DNA of 64,000 nt, from positions 372,001 through 436,000 of the forward strand of contig BCKZ01000021.1 in NCBI GenBank assembly GCA_001600815.1, given 5' to 3'. The notes below the pieces were generated by a model. That model was not told where the DNA came from, searched no databases, and saw only the letters and a list, made by a program, of their open reading frames with translations. Shown here one piece after another: positions 35,289-48,000 of this stretch; the stretch's first letter is position 1, and every line of letters starts with the position of its first letter. The position numbers were made by a program, and so were the translations under genes. The stretch comes from Alloascoidea hylecoeti. Lineage: Eukaryota.

Positions 35289-36458
35289 TTATTCATGGTC
35301 TTCATACTTAGGACCAGGACAATTATTAATCATATCTTGTTCATCATCATATTTGCAACCACACAAAAAGCAATAATGATAATTATTCCTTAAATTTTCA
35401 TATAAAATTTGATATTTTTCAATATCTTGTAATTCATTAAATTTTGTATAATTTTCATCAATCCCTAATTCTTCAAGTTCTTTAACATAATCATTATATG
35501 TGTTATTATCAATTTCATCATAAAATAATTGTTTTTTAATTATTTTCAACTTTTCTTTTAATTGAATATCAAGAACATAAGATCGGTAATTAATATTAAT
35601 TGTTAAGGGATCAATAGTTAATATATCAATATTTGATGGAATTTCAAGATTTAATGTTATTCTTTGCATTGATTTAATATATCCTAATAATTTCTTGGAA
35701 AAGTCTTCATCTGATAATAATTTTCTATAATAATCAATCTTTTCAGAAGTTATTTCATCACTGTTATCAACATTATCATCAGTATTAATATTGTTCAAAA
35801 ATGATAGTTTTGCTCCAACACCTACTTTTTTTTTAGTATCATTGATCATTAAATGTATAGGAATTGGATCTATTGTTCGATGTTCTTTATCAATAGCAGC
35901 ATTAGTCCTTTCTTCGTATGATCGTACTCCTAATGCTTCTCCTTCACTATATCCCATTTTCCTCATCATTTTTAATCCTATACTACCAATACCGGTTCCA
36001 TTACTCTCGATTGCCGTTTCAAATAATGATTTCCTAAGACCTGACAGCCTTGAATTTGATTGCATTTCATTGTATGGTTTTGGGTGGTGGGAGTCTGTGG
36101 CTTCTTTTTCTATGGATGATGTTGATGACACCGGAAAATTCATATAATCAGGGTCATCTGTAGTATTAACTTCCTTTGTATCTTTTGTCTCTAATTTTGA
36201 GCTATTACTGATTTCCATTAATTTGGGATTTATCTTAGATTCTTCTTCTTCTTTTTCACTTTGGTTTTCGAGCTCTAAGAATGAGAGTTTTGTCTTTAGT
36301 CTTTTTCGCCTAGAACTCGTCGTAAAATTAGGAACCTGTTCTACAGGATTAATATTGTGATCATGGTTTGTGTCCGTTTCGTTGATTTCTATGCTATCAA
36401 ATATATTAGTCCTCTTACGTTTAATTTTCTTCTGTTTGAGTGAAAGAGAGAAGGACAT
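35289..36458 (-). CDS. CMG1: G-patch domain protein with C-terminal Cys motif (Cmg1/GPATCH11-like)
   Basis: G-patch SIGLKMMRKMGYSEGEALG. C-terminal LRNNYHYCFLCGCKYDDEQDMINNCPG (DUF4187-like). Adjacent to DCS1 as in S. cerevisiae. Confidence 0.88.
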   Translation of the reverse strand: MSFSLSLKQKKIKRKRTNIFDSIEINETDTNHDHNINPVEQVPNFTTSSRRKRLKTKLSFLELENQSEKEEEESKINPKLMEISNSSKLETKDTKEVNTTDDPDYMNFPVSSTSSIEKEATDSHHPKPYNEMQSNSRLSGLRKSLFETAIESNGTGIGSIGLKMMRKMGYSEGEALGVRSYEERTNAAIDKEHRTIDPIPIHLMINDTKKKVGVGAKLSFLNNINTDDNVDNSDEITSEKIDYYRKLLSDEDFSKKLLGYIKSMQRITLNLEIPSNIDILTIDPLTININYRSYVLDIQLKEKLKIIKKQLFYDEIDNNTYNDYVKELEELGIDENYTKFNELQDIEKYQILYENLRNNYHYCFLCGCKYDDEQDMINNCPGPKYEDHE

Positions 36459-36616
36459 CAATATTTCTTTGCATATGGAGAATAAAAAGGTTGTAAAGTT
36501 TTAACTCATGCACACAAATATTTATTTACCATGTAAAGCCAAGGTCTATGGTCCTACATTATCATTATCATCATTATTATTCTACTCTATTCTAATTTTT
36601 TTCATCATATTCTCCT

Positions 36617-37591
36617 TCAGTCTTTAATAATTTTTTTTCCATCCTCCAAAAGCTTTTGTCCAATCCCTAATCCCCACAACTCATGAAATTCACCAATTAA
36701 ATAAGTAATATTAATTTTACTTAAATCTGGTACAAAATCAAGCCATTGAATAACTTGTTCCAATGAAATTGCTTTACCAATACTTATGCCATTCCCTAAT
36801 CCGTTATTATTAACATGAACAATATGTATATGAAAATGATAATAAGAAGGTTGATAATGAATAAAGATTTTTAACTCATCGGATGCTATTTTTCCTTTAT
36901 ATAAATTCGGGACGATATCTTTTAAGTTGTCATATATATTCTGTAGCCATGGTTGATCCTTTTTAGTTAAGTCACGAATTGAATGAATATCCGATCTATA
37001 TAAGATTGCAACAAGATACAACGAATCCATTGTTACTGAATCCCATTTCATATCAGGTAATAATACAAATCCTCCATGTTCTGATTCATTCTTATATAAA
37101 ACTTTATCTGATTCAACACCATTAAATAAAATATTGTGAACCCATTTGATCCTACTACCTAATTGAGTTTCGATAAATGGTTTAACAATTTCATTATACA
37201 TTTCAGGAGTTTCTGTAATCATATGAAAAGCTTGAGATGAATATTTTTTTATATGGGCAGAAGTGGCAGGCCAAACGACATTAACTTTTAATTGTGGGTT
37301 ATCATTTAAATCTTGAGAAATGGTTGCTAATGACCAATAATAAATATCATTTGAGTTAATTGACTTAATTTTATCAATGAGCTTTAATAATACATCTTTC
37401 TTGTCATTTTGTTCTTCAGTTTCTTGTTCAAAGCTACTAACGTTAAAATGTGTTTTTTCCAAGGAAACAATAGCAGGTTTTGAATCAATTGAACCTAATA
37501 ATGAAATGCTTTTGGTTGATGGATTGGAATTCAAAATTTTATCAAATTGGAACACGTTGATTAGGTCTTCAATTCTCTTTGAAGTAGACAT
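36617..37591 (-). CDS. DCS1: Scavenger mRNA decapping enzyme (m7GpppX diphosphatase)
   Basis: NDIYYW, WVHNIL, LLPDMKWD, SIRDL and HIT motif HYQPSYYHFHIH. Confidence 0.96.
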   Translation of the reverse strand: MSTSKRIEDLINVFQFDKILNSNPSTKSISLLGSIDSKPAIVSLEKTHFNVSSFEQETEEQNDKKDVLLKLIDKIKSINSNDIYYWSLATISQDLNDNPQLKVNVVWPATSAHIKKYSSQAFHMITETPEMYNEIVKPFIETQLGSRIKWVHNILFNGVESDKVLYKNESEHGGFVLLPDMKWDSVTMDSLYLVAILYRSDIHSIRDLTKKDQPWLQNIYDNLKDIVPNLYKGKIASDELKIFIHYQPSYYHFHIHIVHVNNNGLGNGISIGKAISLEQVIQWLDFVPDLSKINITYLIGEFHELWGLGIGQKLLEDGKKIIKD

Positions 37592-40500
37592 TGTGTTTTA
37601 GGGTGGTTCTGACAAGTTTTATCAGTTAATAAGAAGAAAGAGTCAAATAAATTCAAAAGGGGGTATCTTTTATGATGGAAAAATATTTAATAGGGAGGCC
37701 GATCACCCTTTAAGTATATTATATTTCGCTAATATTGTTTAGTATCCAATGGCGATACTTCATTGAAATTTTATGTTCAGTATGTGGCTCACACATGAGT
37801 GTGTATTTATCATACTGGTCGATATTTCAAAGATATTTGAGTAGTAGTAATGGAACACCAAGAATTAAAGAGATCCTGTAATTACTAAACAGAATACTAT
37901 GCATATAACAGAAATAAATCAAATTTATAGATAGGTAAAATACCCCCAGATCCATATATATATCTGCTATTATTTATCAGCTAAAATCGGTTTATGTTTA
38001 TTAAGATGTGGTACTGCTACAATCGATATCACTGCTAATGCTCTTTGGTTACTTGCATTATGGAAGTTGTATTCGAGCTGTTCTTGATAAGCTTGATAAT
38101 TGAAATCAACGGTCTTTTAAATACATAACAGAGATGCTGTTACAAAATTCGTAATGAACGTATACGTATGACGAAAGAAGAAAAAAAATAAGCACCACAG
38201 AACAATAAATCTCCATTGTTAATCTGGCAATAGACATTTTTATATCAATTAAATTTTATAACAATTTTTGGACTTTTATAAAGCAGTAAAATTATCTGTG
38301 CTTTTGCATTAGTTAATATAAATAGTATGCTTAATAATCACATTTATTCTTAGCTCAATGAGTATTATAACAAATGTTTAAGTTCAGCTACTCTAATTTT
38401 ATCTGTTTGTCCTTAAAAACAGAACTAATTGTGTAATTATTGTCAACGTCATTTACTTAATCCAAAACTAAATTCAAATAGAAGATGCAATAGCTTTTCA
38501 ATTGTCATGAGATGAAATCGTAGAATTTTATAATACTATTTTAACTTTAAAGTATATAAATAGTTTACAATTGTATTTAGATGGCTTAGTTTCTATTTAA
38601 TGTCTCCGATAAATTTGCAACAACGATTTAAAAGAATCAGATTACTAATTTCAACTCCAAACTCAAGAATGTAATCAATTATTTATTCACTGTAATTAAT
38701 ATGTAACTTTTATAGTAATTTAAATTCGAAATCACAATAAAAATACCAATATATAGGTCTGATAAATTGGCGTATATGAATTATACGATAATGAAAATTC
38801 ATATAATTATTCAAGGTTACTGATTATAAAATTAATTTAAACTTAAATTATATCAACATTGATTGAACAATATATAAACAATTTATGATTCCAACAATTG
38901 CAGTATCTAACATTTATTACCTGAGTCAACACAACTAAAAAGTGATGAAGTATATTCTATGGAAATAAATCAGTACGACATAAACTTTCATAGAATAATA
39001 TAATATATTTTAGTTTGAAAGACCAGAGAGTTTAATCGAAACTTACTGTAAGAAGGAGAAATATAGTAGTGATGTTTATAATTTACCACAATTAATCGAT
39101 TCGTTATTAAAATGTAATTTAATTGATAAATCATTCCAAAGAATCTATATTACAAACGGATTGAGAATTGAAGCATGTAATTTAAAGGCTACTTTGATGG
39201 GATATAAACTTTATATAATATATATATTGAAATTGTTGACTTATATCCTACCATTAGGTCCAGGAGTACCAGTAGTAGACGGTGTAAGATTATAGGAGAC
39301 TCCCGAAAAAATTACATTGCTTTAGTACGACAGCTACGGCTGCATCTTAATCATCAGTGTTTAAAGATGATTGGGCATAGATGTCGGCATTGACAACTGA
39401 TTTTGATTACATTAGAATAATCGGATACATTAATCTAATAATCATGTGTAGTGGCCGAAATTAAGTGAAGTGACTGCTCATTAATATTCATCTATATCTA
39501 TAATCAAAAATAGTTCCCTATACCTCGCAATCTTCAGATGATTATAATTGGGAGACCACTCTTATTTTCTTGGTAACATTACTGTAACAGATCTAGTTCT
39601 ATCTGTTTAAATATCCATAATTTAAGTAAACATGACCTGAGAAGCTATAAGTTCTTAGTTACAAAGCAATATCCATGTTTCTATAGACTATAGCTATATG
39701 GTGTCAACGATATAGACAGTACTTATATATACAGTAAAAAATAAACAACAATTTTATTAAAATTAAGAGAATCGGATCCAACATTCAATAATTCAATTCC
39801 CAAAGTTATAAAAATTGTAGACTAATTATATTGAGGCCTCGAGATGTTTTTTTTTTTTTTGGATTCAATCTTCATTTAAGACCTTATATGTACTTAGTTT
39901 TTTCCTTTATTTGTTAATTATTATTAAAGACCATGTTACAACAGTTATGCCAAAAAGTCTCACGACATTTTATTGACTGTTCAAGAATGGATATTAGATA
40001 TCCTAAAATTATCCTTTCCCCGGAGGTTTCTTCACGCAGAAATGTAATATCCGAGATTTATGACTGCATGTATATACATATGTTTTTGGAGATTTTTGTT
40101 CTCTAACATATTTTTCAACAAAATTTAAACATATTATATAAATCATTGTCCTAAACTTATAGATAATAATAATTACATTACTCTAATACAAGTATCTTCA
40201 GTGGTGAATGGCAACTGTTTGTTCAGAAATTCATCTCTACTGAGCGACGCCAAATGTTTTTTAAGATGTATAAAAAAATGCCACCAGATTCTCGTTTATA
40301 TGAGTATCTTTTATATAGGCAATAAATAAATCGTTAATTTTTAAAAAACTTTTAGTTATGTGGTTTTTCAGCTCTATAAGTCCTTACACATATGATCGAT
40401 TATTGTGATGTCGATAATCAACTAATAACAATACATATTTTTCCAATTGCAATGAGTAGCATAAATAGCAATAAGTTATATTATTACCCAAATTGGGTTA

Positions 40501-43500
40501 AAATGTTTTTCTAACAATACTCACTTAAACTAAAAAGTTTAGATTCATGGTATATATATAGCTACCGGCCTTAGTTTCATCATTTCTGAATGCCCACATC
40601 GACCATCGGGTCTACTATAAGAAGAATTTTGAAAAATGATCTATTTGATCCATCAGAAATTAGAATAATGAGACCAATAAAAATTTATGTTTATCATTGT
40701 TTGATCTTCAACCGGATAATTGGATTTTGGCTTGGGATATTTAAGGAATGTCAGTTGTATTAGCTCGTATTATAATGACAGAGAATTCAACAACATTTTC
40801 CACTTCAACTAGTGGGTATGAGCGTGACCATGAGCTTGAACTTGATTTATTAAATGAAAGCCAAAGAATGCGTGCAAGATATTTTAAAATTTGGGATTGT
40901 AAAAATAATGTTTCTGTAACAATTATCTGAATTGGCGATTAATTTGAAATATGTAGAATATCGAATTCGAATGACGTATACCAATTGACATGTCAATAGA
41001 TTATAATTAAATGATATATGTAGTTGATCATAATCATTCATGTTCGATAATAATTGGTATTGATCTTACATATACAATCAATAACGGTGTAGATCTATCA
41101 TTATATGCGTATAGGATTTCTGAAGCATATAACATATAAATAATTATCTCTAAATTTGATACTTATTTGGACAAAGCATCGACAATTATAGATGTCTGCG
41201 ATATTCTATAGATATACTTATATAAAAAACTAACTATATATTACAACTTTGATCTTAAAACCGTTTTTTAAATTCCAATTGCAAAACTGATCAATCATGA
41301 TAATTAAGTAATCTACACATACCTTTATTTAGAGGAAAATTATAACCATTTCAAGTCTCTAATTATATATAAAATAAACGAATATAAAGGATCGAGTATA
41401 ATAAAGGGAGTTATATATTTATGAATATANATCTTTTAATAAAATCAAGAAGCATTCTATTGAATAGGTAAAAGACCTTATAATTATAAGGCATTATAGG
41501 CATACATACACGTATATAATATCATGTATATATTGAATCTGATCGAACTAATATAATTATAATCATCTTATGAAAAATGGAATTTAAAAAGGAAATTAAT
41601 GCCATATTATGATTGTAATACAGGGAATTAATTATATTTCAACTTGCAATTGATCACCGAATTTAATATGATTACCTTATAATTATATAATTATAAATAC
41701 ATTTGAGTGAATTTTGCAATTATCTACTAGTACTACATACCTTATGTAGTAGTACTAGCATACGTAATTGTCATTATTAATACTAATTATATATAGCCAC
41801 ATCATTAGATCTAAAGTAAAAAATAGCCAGACTGCATAATTATAAGTTGGTCATGAGTGGGGAAACTTGTTCAACTGGTATAAGTTGTATATTATTTGAA
41901 TTTGAATTAGAAGATCCAGGTTAACTTTTAATAGAAAGAAAGCCTTCTACTTGATAGACATCCTCAATAGGGTGGAAGCCTTCTGGAAGGCCTAATGTTT
42001 GTTGACAATGTCGATCTTAGTGACCAGCATCAAGCGCTCACTATGTTTCTTTTCACACCCGATATTACTAATACTCCGGATCCTGTCCTCTTTGCTCTTT
42101 GCTCAAGATCTTAATTGAATCGAGCTACCAACGAGGATGTACACACGGTAAGCTGCCATGTTGAAATGATTTCAATATCTAATTTCCAATATCTGATAAT
42201 CCTGATTAAAACATACTTCAACTTTTGTGATACGCTAATTTTTTGCTTAAAGCTAGCATCTGAAATTTCGGCACCAGAAACGAGATCCGTTACCCGGGCT
42301 TTAACAAAATAATAGCTGCGATCATTCGTTAATTCCGATTGGATGATATTTGATTATAATCCCTGATATGAATACCAATATGACCGGATAATTATAATAT
42401 GTATAATATGGATAAAATAGGTATATATTAATGGGGGTTTATGTAAGTATTACTATTTATCCTGGGGTTTAAGATCCTCTTCTTATGCCCGATCCACATA
42501 AATATATGGATATAAGATTGTTAAGATACGTACCAACCGTGAGTGTACTACCTACCGCGTCTTCAAAATCTCGAGCCTGTTCTTGGTTTCTAGGTATTTT
42601 TGTTTTTGTTTTGCTATACGCCATGTTGGTCTGGAGTTAGTATCTTAAAAAGTCAAGCTTTACGGGGCATGGAATCTCGAGATGATTTTCTGAACTTGCG
42701 TTTCGTATAACTTACGCACGTGCTGCTTAAAAAGGATTATACTACATCTATTAGTTGGATTAGATTTTCATAACGATTATGTATTATATGAGGTTATATG
42801 CTGCAATTAAGATTAATGTCAGTGTGGAATAATTAGAAATCTTAATAATTAACATTAACCACCCACATATGCACATTGCACATCGGTAGGGTGATTCATA
42901 TAACAATCGCACACAAACGCAGTGTTTCAAATGTTTCATATGTAAAGAAAAAGTTTTCAGCTGATAAATGTACCATATAAGTTCCACACTTCCCCGTATA
43001 TCTGTATTAATTTTTCAACTATCCTGTAGATTATTTCATTATAAGATTAGGATTAAACAGTGATGTGGCTAACAAAACAGAAATAGAGCATAAATTCAAT
43101 TATGTAAGAGCTTATATATAATTATGTAATACGAGCCATGGATGGCTGTGATGGAGAGTGGCTATATAAGCCTATAATAGTATAATAATAACAAATACAT
43201 GTAAATATTGTAATATCATGTTAATTTTAATTAATACATAATTACGCTATTGCTAGCTAGAAATAGTAGGCAATGGCAAATTTAGCTATGATATGTATTA
43301 AGCCTATTAAAAGAATTATTCAAGCCTTAAATTTCTATGTAGTTCATGTTTTCCATGGTTAACGTTATAACTTATAATTATGCACATCGCTTCCGCGGAA
43401 GCATTTACAATTTTTGAATCACAAATTCACAATCGAGATTCTTTGCAATTGAGAATAAACAAAATCCCAAATGATCTCCATCTTCGTATTTAATAGAATT

Positions 43501-45001
43501 TAATTGAGCTTATATCACCAAATTGAATTGAAAAGCTAATAGTAAATTATTATTAATTGCAAACTTAGCAATTGACATATCAGAGTTGAGGGGCTATAGC
43601 TAAGTAGGAAGGAATCATTGCCATACATAATTATAATATAAATCCATATTTGTAGTCATATGATTTAAATCATTTAACCGTTGGCACACAGCCATCTATC
43701 ATCCAATTTGGAATGTGATATTTAAAACAACGTTCCGCACATTGATAATACATAAAGATAAATTAATAGAAGACAATTGCAACAAATTCAATTTATGTGA
43801 AAAGTACAGATTTACTATAAATGAAGTTGAATACTAATATATAAGCGATCGTGCGCGCAGGATTAACCATTACAATATTATGATAATCACTTTAAGATAT
43901 ATCATAATCAGCCATATAAGTAAATTTAGAATTTAGGGAACTATACTTAAGCATAAATTTATATAATATTCCTGACATCTGTCAGATCCATTAATTTCAA
44001 ATTTTCAATCATAAAGTTACTTTGTGCATACTGACCACTACAGGCCTAATCCATTCGAATTATTTGACTTTTGCAAGCTTGAGAATCAATTGCAAGATAA
44101 TTTATTACTATTTGAGGTTGCATAATTGCTTAATATAACTTAACTCCCTGAGAATTGAAAGTACTATACTTTGAACTTTGCATGGTAGTTATAAGCTCGC
44201 AAATCTATATCAACTGCGAAGATGGTGATTGGGATCTTCAAGTAAGTTATTTACCCTCGCCGTATATGGTAAACCTAAGAGATAATTCAGTTCTTGCAAA
44301 TTAAGGTCAAGCCACTTAAATGAACGATCATAAGAAAAAGACCTGAACAAATGTAGATGAGTATTAATTAAGTTTCTTATCGTTTTTGTGATCAAGACGT
44401 TAATAAAAGACTTGTAAATGTTACATATTCGTACTTATGCCTGCATTTATTTATAAATATGTTTAAAAGAAACTAACTACAGATATAAGATCTTATATAA
44501 TATTTAGATAGTCGAAGATCATGTAAATTTAAAAACTTCAAAATATAACAATTGGATGTTATACCATAATTAACAGTTATATTGAGGTTGATATTACAAA
44601 TATGATAACTTAAAAGGTTCTAGAAGGGCGTCAGACATATAATTAAGAATATTATTAATATTGTTTTCACAACCTCAACGCCTTTGTTTGATTTGAGATT
44701 GAAAAAAGACAGAAAATATAATCTTGAGCATGGATGAGCGTATGTGTTCGAAGCCAAACGGTGCAAGTAAATTTGTGTATACAACGTCGATTGGACCAAC
44801 CAGCCTCAATTTCAACGTTCCAACCCCAATGTCTATTTTCCTGAGCTTAAAAGTTTCTGACAAGCTTATAATTATGCATGTACATGTATGCAGTCCAAAC
44901 GAGTAATAAATCTCGAATTCGCATATCATTCAATATATAAGCATCTATATACTTCTTTTTTCTACTTTCCCACCTCTTTTGATTCCGAAACATAACGAAT
45001 C

Positions 45002-48000
45002 ATGAGTCTCACTAAGAATAACAACACAAACACTAATGCTACAAGTATCTCTCCAATCGTTGATCGGTTGATGAAACTTGTATGTGTCTTCTTCAATTTC
45101 CCATTTTCCGTGATCTGTACTTACCATTAATATTCTATTTTATAGCTCCCCTTTGAAACCGGAAACACAGTTAACGAAACTGAGTCGGATAAACTCTTCC
45201 AGTCTTCAAAATCTACTCTACTTTGTCTAGCAAAAACATCACACCTCCCCGATGTATTACTCAGTTTATCCGTTCTCATGGACCAAATTTCAAAAGTAAG
45301 TCATATTGTTCATTGAATTGTTACCTGCATAAGATCGCTAACGTCAACGTTTTTCCTTAGAGAGACAACTTTGTACCACTAAAGAATAGAAACGAATATT
45401 CCCTGAGGTCGGTTACTGTTATTATAAAATTAATAACCGAATGTATGGAAACTCATTGGGATAATATAGAGCCAACCCCTGTGAGGAGAGGTCGAGTCCC
45501 AGTATCTTTTGGTCAAACTGGCTTCGTGAAACCTTTTCTTAAATATCACACAGTTTTACCTTCGAAAATTGAAGATTCCATTGCTCAAAAACTTTTACTT
45601 TTGGTTTTGGAATTAAGATCAGAATATAATATAAGCGAGGCCCTTGCTATAATTTCGAATGGTAATATTCAGGCTTCTTCACTTCTAATCACAAACGTAA
45701 ATAGGGAATTAATCGAGGAAATTGATGAGCATTGTGCAACAGTGGTCAGATTTGTATCAGCTTCTAACTGGAATACAACATATACTATTATCAAGAAACA
45801 ACTTAACCAAATAAAAGCAACCTCCAATGAAACACCATCAGCCCATGTAGATGTCTTGAGTCACATTTACCTTCATTCTAGTGCTATAAGTATACTGTTA
45901 AAAGATTTACAACTTTTTCTGGTACCGGGAACTAGCTCTACTCAACAAGCATTAATATTTCATTTCTTTTCCGAAAGTTTAGAGTATTGGGCAATTGCAA
46001 GGCCCTCAGAATTTTATAAATCAACAACCGAGAACTCAAGATTATATACAGTTGTTACTGTCTTTTATGATCATATTTATTCATCAGTTGAACACACTAA
46101 ATATTTTGATGTGTTTCTTCCATTTTTATCTATTTTACTTTGTTTAATGCCAAATACTTTTCATTCCTCTATGAAGAAAAAATTACCAATACCTACAACT
46201 TCAAAAAAAGCAAAATTAATTCAATCATTGAAAACTCAACTTCATAATAGAAAAATGAATCTTAAACAAATGGAAAGCATGGCATTAATTTCAACAATAG
46301 GTTCATGTCTTAAACCATTTAATCCTCAAAATCCTATTCTCCAATTTGTTCTTTCTGTTAGAGATGATTTATCTGCAACTTGTTGTAATTCAATTTCAGG
46401 TTTATCTCTTGATGATATTCATTTATTCTGTTCGTTTTTTGTTGCTGATGCACTAACTATTCCTGAACTTTGTTCAAGTGGAATTAAATCAAAGCTGTTA
46501 CAACCAGATATAGATGCAATGTCAATTTGTTCTTTAACTGTTGGATTAAGAGCTCTTGGATCAATTCCATCAGCTAATCATATTTACATGAATTTTATGA
46601 AAACCAGTGGCGCTGTTTTACGTAAATTAATTTGGAAGCATGCAAGATTATTAGCAAAAAGCAGAGCATTAATATCAGCTCAAGCATCAATCCATTCATC
46701 AAGAAGATCACTTTCAACAAGTAATTCTGAATCTGTTAGCATTCCTATTTTAGTGAATGCCTATTATGCATTTATTCCTTATCCTTCCTGTTATTTTGAT
46801 GAATATCAAGCTGCCCAATATAAAACAAATTCATTTACTTATTTCGAAGCTATTTTAGCATCACTAGTGGATTATGATCAACAATTGGTAGAATCTGCTA
46901 CACAATTCATTAATGCTTTCACTTCAAAGAGTCATTTAGATACTTTTAATCCAGATGAAGTTTTTCTTGATAAAGGTCATTTCGTTCTTGTAATATACAC
47001 AGGTTGTGGTTATCTAGTCAAGGAACTTTCAAACACTATAATAAACTCCGATGTGAAAGATTCAAGAGTTCCTGGATTCTTAAGGTGTATTGTTCGATTA
47101 TTAGAAACACGAGTTTACATTGGTGAGAGGTTTCACCTTAAACAAAAGTGTGATAATGATATCACAAATCTTGAACATCTTTACGAGAGGCAAAGTGTGT
47201 TTAACAGTTTAGAAACTGCTTTGATTATTTGCTTATGCAGACCAGATGTCGATACATATAAACTGACAGTAAAAGCATTCTCAGAAGGCATTAATGATGC
47301 ATTGACCACATGTAATATAGAAGCAGCAATTTATGGTTGTCCTTTACTTTATAATGCAGAACAGTATAAAGAACTTAGTTCAGAATCTTTTGTAATAACT
47401 GGTCAAGTAGCACTTCAGAAAAGAATTAGAAGGATTTTGATACAATTAGCTGTTCCAACAGATGGTATAATCGATGCTTGGGAGATATTATATACTTCAT
47501 TGTTGGATGAATTAGAAACAACTGAACCAGCAACATCTCTTTTAACAGAAAAAAGAAATATGATCGGATTGTTGGCTTCTATTTGTGACTGTATTCTTAC
47601 GAGTGATCCAGAAACAAACGCAAGAGTAGCAAATTTATTGCCAAAAGTTCATCAATTTTTTGGTCATATGGTTGGACTTCTTAATTCAACTAATCTACTT
47701 GTCTGCGATTCTTCTAAAGAAGTTTTGTCAAGAGAAGCAAGTAAGCTTTCATTACCACATACATTTGAAGCTATTCAAAAATTGATAGATCGTTCCATCA
47801 AGGTTAATGATATAAAGCGTAATTATCAATTATTTGAAAATATAATTACATTAGCAAAAACAACAATATTGAGAGCAGTAGAGGAAAAATTCCTTGTTGG
47901 TAATATTTTAAGTTGTCTTTGGACTATTGCACAATATCTTGATCAATTAAAGGATGATAATATTCATTGTGTGAAGTTGAGAATACGGGCATGCCGAGCT

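Noticed and set aside
41920..42010. Minus-strand peptide EDVYQVEGFL resembling the start of a retrotransposon chromodomain
   Set aside because: Only about 10 residues, followed soon by a stop; no integrase, RT or LTR seen nearby.
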